Positions 48,790 to 57,631 of a stretch of 64,000 bases of DNA are shown one piece after another (within the stretch, counting starts at the first letter, position 1; each line of letters starts with the position of its first letter). This DNA comes from an uncultured Eubacteriales bacterium (GTDB taxonomy: Bacteria; Bacillota; Clostridia; Christensenellales; Aristaeellaceae). Under the pieces are notes generated by a model that did not search any database, had not been told where the DNA came from, and worked only from the letters and a program-made list of their open reading frames with translations. The stretch spans positions 863 to 64,862 of the forward strand of contig UQNM01000001.1 of NCBI GenBank assembly GCA_900542395.1, written 5' to 3'. The position numbers and the translations under genes were made by a program.

Positions 48790-49569
48790 TTACCCCTCTG
48801 ATTTTAGAATATGTTCTCGAATTACTGTTTCATGCTCTTGACAATAGGCGTAGCTGCTTCGCATAAAATCTTCAATATTTTGGCTTCTGTACATAGCGTC
48901 CAATGTGTCAAGAATAGGTTTCCCATCTACCATCATATCGAAGAAATACGGATAGACACATCCACCGTTTTCTCTCGGGAAATATGGGTTGATGGAGCTG
49001 ATCCGCTTATCTCTCATCACGGATTCGACCACCATTTCGCTCAATATCCATTTGAGTGAGGGACGCTCATATTCGTCGTAGTTATCTCCAAACAACTGGT
49101 TCCATACATAGAACCAAATAAAGTGTATGATCTCATGTATTCCACCGCCAATGGCACCCTTTGCGCTATTCAAATAAAATGTGTCATAGCAGTGCTCTTT
49201 TAGAAAACGCGGCTCAATAGGGTTCAAACTCAAATTGCAACGCAGGTCATTAAACAAGCCTGTGCAATCTATGCCGAAAGCCTCTGATAAAGCGGCTGTA
49301 ATCTGCGCTTTGCAAGCGTTCCAGTGATGAGAATATAAGGTCACCTTCTCGTTGATTGTGTTCTCCGACTCAGCATACGCAGCCCTCATGGCACGTTCAA
49401 TGTAGTCTCTTCTTTCTGCAATTGGCAAACTTATGTAGAATGCCTTATCAAGCTGCGGGTAGAAATGGTATAAAGGTTCAGACCAGAATTCAGCTTCTCC
49501 TTCGGCCTGAAAATGCATGATACTCTGAATCATATAATCGACACCGGGATTTATAAATGTAACCTCCAT
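48790..49569 (-). CDS. hypothetical protein with HExxH motif (possible DUF2268-like zincin) in a low-GC islet
   Basis: HEIIH motif; AT-rich codon usage unlike the neighbouring genes. Confidence 0.5.
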   Translation of the reverse strand: MEVTFINPGVDYMIQSIMHFQAEGEAEFWSEPLYHFYPQLDKAFYISLPIAERRDYIERAMRAAYAESENTINEKVTLYSHHWNACKAQITAALSEAFGIDCTGLFNDLRCNLSLNPIEPRFLKEHCYDTFYLNSAKGAIGGGIHEIIHFIWFYVWNQLFGDNYDEYERPSLKWILSEMVVESVMRDKRISSINPYFPRENGGCVYPYFFDMMVDGKPILDTLDAMYRSQNIEDFMRSSYAYCQEHETVIREHILKSEG

Positions 49570-49750
49570 AAATTGTTCACCTCTCCCGTTCATATATATA
49601 CACAGCATAACACAGCAATCATTTCATTTTCAATAGGTGCGACGGAAGTTATTGCCATTTAGCGACATTGTTTTGCGCCCAAACAGGTGATTTTCAACCC
49701 TTAGCTGTATAAAAACAGGCGGCACCCAACCGAAGCTGAGTGCCGTCTGT

Positions 49751-50638
49751 TCACCGCTCAAACGCCATATCCAGCGCGGTCTGCCAGACCTCGTCCGGCT
49801 CAAGGCTGGCGGCGCAGGGCTTCTGCGCCCACTCGATGGGGCCGTCGTCCTCGCCGGGGATGCTGTGCCACGGCTCGACGCAGATGAAGCGCATCGGCTT
49901 TTGCGGCGTGGACCAGATCAGCGTGTACGGGAAGTTTTCGATATCCACGCGGATGCGGCGGCCGGTGTCGCGCTCCAGCACGCAGATGGATTTGGATTTG
50001 AGGTTCACCATGCAGTGGCTGTCGCGCGCAAACAGTTCGGCGCTCAGCGGGATGCGGGTGACGTTGCGGGCGAGGTAGTAATCCGGCGCGGCGCCGATGA
50101 GCCCGTTCGGCGCGGTGTTCAGGCACAGCGGGGATTCCACCGTGTCAAACAGAATGTCGTAATCCGCGTCGGTGTGTTTGTCGTCAAACGGCAGGGTGAA
50201 GCCGGGGTGGAAGCCCAGGCCGAAGCGCAGGGTCTCCTTGCCCGTGTTGCGGACGCTGACGGCGTGGCGGACGCGGCGGCCTTCGAGCGAGAAGGTCGTG
50301 CGCAGCGCGAAATCATACGGCCAGACGGCGCGGGTCTCGTCGCTTGAAAGCAGCTCGAAGGTCAATTCGCGCGCGGTCCGGTTCAGCAGGGCATGCTCCA
50401 TGTCGCGGGCGAAGCCGTGCTGGCCGCCGGCGTAGATTTTGCCGTCCTCCGCCTTGAAATGGCCGCCCGTCAGCTTGCCCGCGTAGGGAAAGAGGATCGG
50501 CGCGTGGCGGTTCCAGACGGTGGGATCGGCGCACCAGATCATCTCGCTTCCGGTGGCCAGATCGACGGCGCTGACCATTTCCGCGCCGAGGGAATCGACG
50601 GTCAGGCGGATGAACTCGTTTTCAATCGTGTATTGCAT
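49751..50638 (-). CDS. aldose 1-epimerase family protein
   Basis: Galactose-mutarotase-like fold motifs; terminator hairpin downstream. Confidence 0.75.
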   Translation of the reverse strand: MQYTIENEFIRLTVDSLGAEMVSAVDLATGSEMIWCADPTVWNRHAPILFPYAGKLTGGHFKAEDGKIYAGGQHGFARDMEHALLNRTARELTFELLSSDETRAVWPYDFALRTTFSLEGRRVRHAVSVRNTGKETLRFGLGFHPGFTLPFDDKHTDADYDILFDTVESPLCLNTAPNGLIGAAPDYYLARNVTRIPLSAELFARDSHCMVNLKSKSICVLERDTGRRIRVDIENFPYTLIWSTPQKPMRFICVEPWHSIPGEDDGPIEWAQKPCAASLEPDEVWQTALDMAFER

Positions 50639-50719
50639 AATAACCCCCTAAGATATAGGCTTTAAGATGATGCGCGATTTAATGCCTTCGCGAGGAGAAG
50701 AAGGAATGGAAAAAGAAGG

Positions 50720-50860
50720 ATGCCTCCCTCTTTGAGGGAGATTAGCTTTTTATCTACAGTCTGTGCCTCCCTCTTTGAGGGACATCGAATCTGTTGCCGC
50801 CTGTGGCGGAAACAAACAGATGAAATGCCGAAGGTTGGCACGACGAAGTCGTGACGGAAG
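50720..50860. repeat. Family C mosaic repeat, copy 3 (also contains an inverted CAGACTGTAGATAAAAAGC module of Family B)
   Basis: Two cctccctctttgaggga hairpins and a ccgaaggttggcacgacgaagtcgtgac module. Confidence 0.6.
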
Positions 50861-50863
50861 GAG

Positions 50864-51877
50864 TTACAGCAGCGTGATATGCGCGTCCTCAAAGACCTTG
50901 CGGGTCTGCTCGTTCCAGATGGAGGACTGAACCTCGCCGATATGCGCCTTGCCCAGCAGCAGCATGCACAGGCGGGATTGACCGATGCCGCCGCCCATCG
51001 TCAGGGGAAGCTGGCCTTCCAGCAGCATCTTGTGGAACGGCAGCTTGCGGCGGTCGTCGCAGCCCGCCAGCGTCAACTGACGATCCAGCGATTCCGGGCT
51101 GACGCGGATGCCCATGGAGGAGATTTCCAGCGCGCTGTCCAGAATCGGGTTGTAGAACAGGATATCGCCGTTCATGTCCCAATCGTCGTAATCCGGCGCG
51201 CGGCCGTCGTGCGGCTTTCCGGAGCGCAGCTTGCCGCCGATGCCTTGAATGAACACCGTGCCGTGCTTCTTGGTGAACGCATTTTCGCGCTGCTTGGGCG
51301 TGAGATCAGGGTACAGATCCTCTAGCTCCTGCGCGGTGACGAAGGTGACGCGGCGGCGCAGCAGCGGGGTATCGCATAGCTGGGGATACTTGCCGCGCAC
51401 GGTGAGCTGCGTATCGCAGATGCAGGAGACGATGTCCGTCACCGCCTGATGCAAGGTGAACAGGGTGCGCGCCTCCGGCGTGATGACCTTCTCCCAATCC
51501 CATTGATCGACGTAGACGGAGTGCAGATTATCCAGCTCCTCGTCGCGGCGGATGGCGTTCATGTCGGTGTAAATGCCCTTGCCGGGGTGGATGTCGTAGC
51601 GATAGAGCGCCATGCGCTTCCACTTGGCCAGAGAATGGACGACCTGCGCGTTGGCGTGCGCGCAGGGGATATCGAAGCCGACCGGGCGCTCCACGCCGTT
51701 GAGATCGTCGTTCAGGCCGGAGGACGGCTCGACGAAAAGCGGCGCGGACACGCGGCGCAGATTCAATTCGCGGGAGAGCGCATCCTGAAACACACGCTTA
51801 ATCAGGCTGATGGCGCTCTGCGTTTCATACAGCGAAAGGTGCGGCGCATAGCCCGCGGGAATAAAAGACTGACCCAT
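50864..51877 (-). CDS. asnA: aspartate-ammonia ligase
   Basis: AsnA-type class II synthetase-like sequence; 337 aa. Confidence 0.8.
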   Translation of the reverse strand: MGQSFIPAGYAPHLSLYETQSAISLIKRVFQDALSRELNLRRVSAPLFVEPSSGLNDDLNGVERPVGFDIPCAHANAQVVHSLAKWKRMALYRYDIHPGKGIYTDMNAIRRDEELDNLHSVYVDQWDWEKVITPEARTLFTLHQAVTDIVSCICDTQLTVRGKYPQLCDTPLLRRRVTFVTAQELEDLYPDLTPKQRENAFTKKHGTVFIQGIGGKLRSGKPHDGRAPDYDDWDMNGDILFYNPILDSALEISSMGIRVSPESLDRQLTLAGCDDRRKLPFHKMLLEGQLPLTMGGGIGQSRLCMLLLGKAHIGEVQSSIWNEQTRKVFEDAHITLL

Positions 51878-51946
51878 CGGAAATCCCCCTTTTGATATCG
51901 GTTATATCGCGATTATACCGCGATTGCGCACGGGGCGCAAGCAAAA

Positions 51947-53623
51947 TCAATCGCCGTGCAGGGCGAAGAGCGCCGCGCCGAGCGCGCCGCAGAGATCCGG
52001 GTTTTCGCTGATGAAGAGCTTTGCACCCAGCTTCTCCTCCAGCGCCTGCACAACGCCCCGGTTCCGCGCGACGCCGCCGGTCATCATATAGGGCGGCTGT
52101 CCCTTGGCGCGCGCGGCCATGGCGGCCGTTTTCCCGGCGATGGATTGGTTCAGCCCGTGGATGATGTCGCTGTCCGTGTGGTTGTCGGCGATCAGCGAAA
52201 TCACCTCCGATTCGGCGAACACCGTGCACATGCTGGAAATGGTCAGCTCCTTTTCCCACGTCAGGCCGCGTCGGCTCATCTCCTCCATATCCAGTTCGAG
52301 CGTGCGCGCCATCATTTCCAGAAACCGCCCCGTTCCGGCGGCGCATTTGTCGTTCATCATAAAGCCGGAGACATGGCCGGTTTCGTCGAGGTTGATGACC
52401 TTGCTATCCTGCCCGCCGATGTCGATGATGGTGCGGACGGCGGGGTTCAGCGCGTGCGCGCCGCGCGCGTGGCAGGTGATTTCGGTTTTGGTTCGCGTGG
52501 CGAAGGGGATGTTGTTTCGGCCGTAGCCCGTCGCGACGATGGCGGAAAGGGCGTCCGGCTCGATGTGCAGCGTCCGGCAGACGGTTTCAAGCGCCGCCTG
52601 CGCGCCGACGTGCGCGCGCGGGCCGGTTCGGACGATGGCGAAGGCGAGCATGGCTTCGTTTTCATCCAGCACGACCATGTTCGTCGTCGTCGAGCCGCTG
52701 TCGATGCCCGCGAAGTATTTTTTCCGCGCCGCTTTTTCGGCGGCGGGCGGCTGGTTGCCCGCCTCACCGTCCGGCGCAGTCAGGCCGAGGCGCTCGCGGA
52801 AGGCCTCCAGCCGCGTGGAAAGCTGACCCGGCGCGGTCAGCGTGTAATCCGATTCGATTTTCAGCAGCGCAGCGGCGCTTTTCGCCTTCAGATCGGCGTA
52901 TTCAAAGCCGTAATAATCGCAGAATTTGACCGTGTTATAGATGATGCCGCGGATGTTCTCGTTTTCATACAGCGCGCGGCGCGACGCGATATCCGTCATG
53001 CGCATGCAGGGCGTTTGGCGAAGGAGCGCGCCTGCGTACCAATCCATCAGCGCCTCGAAGGAGAAGCCGGCGGCTTCCTCCGGCGGGTCTTCCAGCGTCC
53101 GCAGGCCGCTGCATGTCAGGTTTTCCACCGGGATGGGGAATGCGCAGCGAATCTGGCCGAGGAGCTGGGGGCTGACGCGCGCGCCGAGCACCGCGATAAA
53201 CGGCTCGCGCGGCGGATGCGCGCTCGAGTGATTCCGGCAGGCGGCGAAGAACGCCTCTTTGGAAAACGCCCTGCCCGTGTACGCGCCGTAAGCGTCGGCG
53301 AAGCGGATCAGCTCCCGCGTCAGGCGCGCGCGGGCGCAGGCCGCGTCGTCGTGCGGCAAATCGAATTGAAAGAGAAAGCGCTGCCTGCCCGCGTCCTGCA
53401 GCACGTCGCAGATTCGCCGCGTCGCGTCGCAGCAATCCGTCAGCACCAGCTCGTCCGTGTCGAGCGCCTGCGTCAGCAGCGCCTTGGCGTGGCAGCAGAC
53501 GTTGGCGTGGGTCATCGTTTCCGCGCGGGAAAAATCCGCCGTCTCCGCGTCGAGCAGCAGCGCCTCTTCGCCGTAGGCCGCGACCAGCTCCACCGGCGCG
53601 TATTTGCAGCTATACCCGATCAT
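51947..53623 (-). CDS. 2-hydroxyacyl-CoA dehydratase-family subunit fused to a CoA-substrate-specific enzyme activase (HgdC/BadF ASKHA ATPase)
   Basis: N-terminal HgdB-like region; C-terminal activase motifs (GIDSGSTTT ... GALGAALFA); ATGA overlap with the upstream gene. Confidence 0.7.
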   Translation of the reverse strand: MIGYSCKYAPVELVAAYGEEALLLDAETADFSRAETMTHANVCCHAKALLTQALDTDELVLTDCCDATRRICDVLQDAGRQRFLFQFDLPHDDAACARARLTRELIRFADAYGAYTGRAFSKEAFFAACRNHSSAHPPREPFIAVLGARVSPQLLGQIRCAFPIPVENLTCSGLRTLEDPPEEAAGFSFEALMDWYAGALLRQTPCMRMTDIASRRALYENENIRGIIYNTVKFCDYYGFEYADLKAKSAAALLKIESDYTLTAPGQLSTRLEAFRERLGLTAPDGEAGNQPPAAEKAARKKYFAGIDSGSTTTNMVVLDENEAMLAFAIVRTGPRAHVGAQAALETVCRTLHIEPDALSAIVATGYGRNNIPFATRTKTEITCHARGAHALNPAVRTIIDIGGQDSKVINLDETGHVSGFMMNDKCAAGTGRFLEMMARTLELDMEEMSRRGLTWEKELTISSMCTVFAESEVISLIADNHTDSDIIHGLNQSIAGKTAAMAARAKGQPPYMMTGGVARNRGVVQALEEKLGAKLFISENPDLCGALGAALFALHGD

Positions 53624-54906
53624 GCGTCCATCCCCTCCAGTTGTTCCAGAAACGCGCCGACGCGCGTGACCATCTGCCCGTCCGCGACGTTTCGGCTGTC
53701 GCAGCCGTCGCCGTCGAGCACCAGCGTCGGCAGACCGGCTTCCTCCAGCCTGCGCTTGGCGAGTGTGGACAGCCCCATCGTCTGCTTGCAGCCCCAGTGG
53801 CAGAAGAGGATCACGCCGTCCGCGTTCAGCTTTTTTGCCCACGCGATCGCGTTGTCGATGCGCCGCGCGGCGCTTCCGCCGTTCACGTTGGCGAGCAGCC
53901 GCCGCGCCATGCTTTCAAACGGCTTTTCCGGGTCGAGCGCCGTGAGCGAATCGAAGGTGAGGTCGCAGCCGACCAGCTCGCATCGGTTTTCCGTTTCGAG
54001 CATCCGGATCATGGAATCCTGCCAGTTGGGCAGGGTGTGGATGAAGAAGATGCGCTTGCGGCGCGTCGTCTCCCGCCGGGGCGCGCGTCTGGCGGTTTCA
54101 ATCAATTCGCGGACGTAGTTTTCGCCGTCCGCGTGGCCGAGAAGGCAGTGCGTCGCAATCAGGCTGCACAGTTCGCCCGTCATCGTCGTGTCCTGCGTGA
54201 CCTCCGCGCGCAGGGCGGCATATTCGCGCATCAGCTTTAGCGTGCGGTCGGCGCAGGCCATCGACTTGCGCAGCTTCGCCTCGTCGAGCTTTCGCCCGGT
54301 CAGGGCTTCCAGTCTGCGCGTCATGCCGCGAAGCTGGTCGGCGACATAGGCCACGGCGTCGTCGTCCGCGCGGCCGGGCACGTCGATGATCGTCAGCGGC
54401 GCGGGATAAAGCGCGGCCAGCCGCCGGAAGGAGAGCTGGTTCGCGTCGCAGGCGAGCGTCGTTCCGGCGATCATCAGCGGCTTGGGCAGCACGCCGGTTT
54501 CCGCCATGCCGAGCATCGTCTTGTGATAGGAGCAGAAGCTCTCCGGGATGCCGGAGACCTCCGCGCGCTCGGCGAAGACATGCTGGCAGGCTGTGCAGGC
54601 GACGTAGACGGAAAGCCCCTCCGGGAACATCGGCGTGAGCCCCATCGCGTGCAGCATTTCGCACGGCATGAAGATATTGACGCATACGGCGCGCTCGGGA
54701 TGGCGAAGGCCGCACACAAGGGAGCGGGCGACCGCGCCGTTCATCCGCGCGTAGGCGGATTTGGCGTCCGTCAGCCTTTGGCATTTTCCGGAAAAGCGCA
54801 CCCACGAATAGGCTGCCGTCAGCATCCGGCGCGCGCGGCGGGGATGGGGCGCGACCTGAGCGGAAATCATGCGTCCGAGGGTTTCGATATAGCTTTGCAT
54901 ACACAC
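53620..54906 (-). CDS. 2-hydroxyacyl-CoA dehydratase family protein (HgdA/HadB-like)
   Basis: Cys-rich dehydratase-family sequence (PF06050-like). Confidence 0.7.
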   Translation of the reverse strand: MCMQSYIETLGRMISAQVAPHPRRARRMLTAAYSWVRFSGKCQRLTDAKSAYARMNGAVARSLVCGLRHPERAVCVNIFMPCEMLHAMGLTPMFPEGLSVYVACTACQHVFAERAEVSGIPESFCSYHKTMLGMAETGVLPKPLMIAGTTLACDANQLSFRRLAALYPAPLTIIDVPGRADDDAVAYVADQLRGMTRRLEALTGRKLDEAKLRKSMACADRTLKLMREYAALRAEVTQDTTMTGELCSLIATHCLLGHADGENYVRELIETARRAPRRETTRRKRIFFIHTLPNWQDSMIRMLETENRCELVGCDLTFDSLTALDPEKPFESMARRLLANVNGGSAARRIDNAIAWAKKLNADGVILFCHWGCKQTMGLSTLAKRRLEEAGLPTLVLDGDGCDSRNVADGQMVTRVGAFLEQLEGMDA

Positions 54907-54933
54907 ACCCGTTTCAGCAGAATAACGAAACCA

Positions 54934-54961
54934 TTATAAATTCTGTCCCCCGGCGCGTCAA
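54934..54961 (-). promoter_or_regulatory. sigma-A promoter TTGACG-16-TATAAT for the dehydratase operon
   Basis: Hexamers on the minus strand upstream of 54906. Confidence 0.5.
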
Positions 54962-55037
54962 GGCGGCAGGATTGGCCGCTTTTCATTCGTCTATTCTTTT
55001 GATATAATAGCAAAACGGAAGAAATGATCCGAAGCTC

Positions 55038-55162
55038 TCAGACTGTAGACAAAAAGCTATTCTCCCCCCGAAGGGGGGAGAATAGCCCTTTCCGCAAATG
55101 AAAGAATCGCTGAATTTCTTGATTTTGCGATTCAAGCCAAGTTTGCTTATGTCAGCAAGCTG
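55038..55162 (+). repeat. Family B repeat, copy 2 (candidate 5' UTR element), downstream of an extended -10 sequence TGATATAAT at about 55000
   Basis: About 95% identical to 6824-6948. Confidence 0.7.
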
Positions 55163-55221
55163 ACTGAGTGCGTTCAACGGCAAAAACAATCCTCAAAAAA
55201 AGAAAAGGGAGAGGGACTGTG

Positions 55222-56058
55222 ATGAAAAGGATTTTAGCATGCGTCGCGGCGCTGGCGACGGGCTGCATCATGGCGCTGACGGGCTGCGCCGCGCGGGCGC
55301 AGGGCGTGACGGTGACGTTTTACGACATGGGCAAGGCCGACGCGGCGCTGATTACGGCGGAGGACGGCTCGCGCATCCTGATCGACGCGGGCACGAACAA
55401 GGGCGGCAAGAAGCTGGCCGAGCGCTTCGCCGAAGAAGGGATTGAGCGGATCGACGCGATGATTATCACCCATTTTGACAAGGATCACGTCGGCGGCGCG
55501 GATAAGATTCTGGAAAGCGTTTCCGTCGCGCGGGTGATTCTGCCGCAATACGAAAAAGAGAGCAAGCAGTACGCGCAGTTCATGGAGGCGCTGGAGCAGA
55601 GCGCCCAAACCGAGCGGGAGATTCTGCCCGCGGGGGGCGAATGGTCGGCGGAATTCGGCCAGACGCGGCTTCGCGTGACCGCCGCCGAGCGGACGGATTA
55701 CGGCGCGGACGAGGAAAATGATTTTTCGCTCGCGACCTACGTGACCTACGGCGAAACGAAATTCCTGTTTCCCGGCGACGCGGAGGACGCGCGGCAGACG
55801 GAGCTCCTGCGCGCGGGGGATATCGACTGCGATGTGCTGAAGGTGCCGTATCACGGGCGGCTGGTGGATGCGAGCGCGGCGTTTTTGGCGGCCTGTTCGC
55901 CGAAAATCGCGTTTATTCCCGACAGCGACGAGGAAGCGGCCAGCCCGATGGTCGTGGCGATTTTGAAAGAGCTGGGGACGGATGTGCACAGCGGCCGGGA
56001 TGGGGATCTGGTTGTGGTTTCGGATGGAAAAGACGTTTTTGTGAAGCCCAATAATTGA
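55222..56058 (+). CDS. MBL-fold metallo-hydrolase lipoprotein (ComEC C-terminal-domain-like)
   Basis: Lipobox LTGC; HFDKDH motif. Confidence 0.75.
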   Translation: MKRILACVAALATGCIMALTGCAARAQGVTVTFYDMGKADAALITAEDGSRILIDAGTNKGGKKLAERFAEEGIERIDAMIITHFDKDHVGGADKILESVSVARVILPQYEKESKQYAQFMEALEQSAQTEREILPAGGEWSAEFGQTRLRVTAAERTDYGADEENDFSLATYVTYGETKFLFPGDAEDARQTELLRAGDIDCDVLKVPYHGRLVDASAAFLAACSPKIAFIPDSDEEAASPMVVAILKELGTDVHSGRDGDLVVVSDGKDVFVKPNN

Positions 56059-56083
56059 GTAAAAAGAAAATTCTGAAAAAAAC

Positions 56084-56268
56084 GCGGGCGCGCAATGCGC
56101 GCCCCTACGGGTACGGCGCAACTGATTGCTTAGGTGGAAAATAACCTGCATAAAGGAGCTCCCTCCTTGAGGGCGTGGAGCTTGTCGCCCGCTGTGCGGG
56201 AGGCAGGCAAGCGGAACGCCGAAGGTCTGGCACGGCGTAGCCGTGACTGAGGGAGTCAGGTGGGCGCG
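56084..56268. repeat. Family C mosaic repeat, copy 4 (longest copy)
   Basis: gcgggcgcgcaatgcgcgcccctacgggtacggcgcaact plus ctccctccttgagggcg, ggcaggcaagcggaacgccgaaggtctggcacggcgtagccgtgactgagggagtcagg. Confidence 0.7.
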
Positions 56269-56284
56269 CATAAAGAGGAATCGT

Positions 56285-57043
56285 ATGAAGACAGACGAAC
56301 AAAAGCTGAATATTGTCGGCGCGGCGGCGCAGCTCCTGCTGGAAAACGGCAGCGAAACCTACCGCGTGGAGGAAACGGCGCGGCGCATGGCAAGGGGCTT
56401 CGGCATGGAGCAGGTCAACATCGCGGCGTTCCCGACGTCGGTTTTTCTGGAGGCGGACGGGCGCGCGTGCGTGCGGCGCATCAGCCGCCGCGGCACGAAC
56501 AGCCGGCGCATTGCGATGGTCAACGAAATCTCCCGCGAGGTGGAGCACGGCAAGCTCAACGCCGAGCAGGCCGAGCGCGCGCTGGAACGGGCGCGCAGCA
56601 CGCCCGGCTTTTCGCAGCGCGTCCTGATTCCCGCCTACGCGCTGGCGGCGGCCAGCTTCTGCCTGCTCTTCGGCGGCGACGCGGCGACGTTCGGCGTGAC
56701 GTTCGCCATCGGCGTCATCGTGCAGGCGGTTCAGCCGTGGTTTGCGCATATCCAGATGGGCGTGCTGCTGGGCAACTTCGTCGGCGGCTGGCTGACGGCG
56801 GTGCTGGCGCAGATGCTGCAAATCGCGCTGCCGGTGTACAACGTCAACGCGGCGATCATCGGCGGCATCATGCCGCTGCTCTCCGGGCTGGCGATGACCA
56901 CCGCCGTGCGGGATACCGTGTACGGCGATCTCGTTTCCGGCATGGCGCGCGCGCTGGAGGCCATGCTGCTGGCGACCGCCGTGGCCATCGGGGTGTACAC
57001 CGGCCTCAAAATGGCCGCGATGATGGGAGGGATCGCCCTGTGA
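56285..57043 (+). CDS. threonine/serine exporter family protein (ThrE N-terminal half, DUF1212-like)
   Basis: Topology and family-like sequence; AAGAGGAA RBS. Confidence 0.7.
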   Translation: MKTDEQKLNIVGAAAQLLLENGSETYRVEETARRMARGFGMEQVNIAAFPTSVFLEADGRACVRRISRRGTNSRRIAMVNEISREVEHGKLNAEQAERALERARSTPGFSQRVLIPAYALAAASFCLLFGGDAATFGVTFAIGVIVQAVQPWFAHIQMGVLLGNFVGGWLTAVLAQMLQIALPVYNVNAAIIGGIMPLLSGLAMTTAVRDTVYGDLVSGMARALEAMLLATAVAIGVYTGLKMAAMMGGIAL

Positions 57044-57507
57044 TGCGCACCATCATCGTCGCGGCGCTCGGCGCGTTCGGCGGCACGCTGGGCTACGCCT
57101 ACATCCTCAACGCGCCGAAAAACACGATTCTGCCCGCGTCCTTCATCGGGCTGGCGGGCTACATGGCCTATGTGCTGCTGGGCATGGCGGGCTTTGGCAC
57201 GATGTCCGCGTATTTTCTCTCCACGGTGCTCGTCTCGGTGGTCTGCGAGCTGCTGGCCCGCAAAATGCGCACGCCCGCCACGATCCTCCTGCTCAGCGCG
57301 CTGGTGCCCCTCGTGCCGGGATATAACTTCTATCTGGCGATGCTCGCGCTGGTGGAAAACCGCGGCGCGGCCGCCGCGCGGGAGGGCATGGTCGCCGTGC
57401 AGATCGTCGCGGCCATCGCCGTCGGCGCGGCGGTGACGTCCGTGATCTTCCGCGCGCTGGCGCAGCGGGGAAAAAGGGAGGCGAACTCCCCAAAGGACGC
57501 GGCCTGA
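57043..57507 (+). CDS. threonine/serine exporter family protein (ThrE C-terminal half, DUF3815-like)
   Basis: Four TM segments; ATG overlaps the previous stop (TGATG). Confidence 0.7.
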   Translation: MRTIIVAALGAFGGTLGYAYILNAPKNTILPASFIGLAGYMAYVLLGMAGFGTMSAYFLSTVLVSVVCELLARKMRTPATILLLSALVPLVPGYNFYLAMLALVENRGAAAAREGMVAVQIVAAIAVGAAVTSVIFRALAQRGKREANSPKDAA

Positions 57508-57631
57508 AATCGGCAAACCGCAAAATCCTGATGGATTCGCCGGGAAGCGGCAGGAATACGGCGGCGCGGCGAAGAATAGAAAATAAGTTACCCTTTTTAC
57601 GGTTTAATATTTTTGGAAGCGGAGAGATTTT

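Noticed and set aside
48617-48841. Cys-rich 74-aa ORF (MYTCSHCHRLRTYLCSWFFYLC...) in the low-GC islet, superficially like a RiPP or bacteriocin precursor
   Set aside because: No RBS; it overlaps the 3' end of the HExxH gene on the opposite strand and lies in an intergenic AT-rich stretch between convergent genes. The Cys richness is explained by TGT/TGC in AT-rich non-coding sequence.
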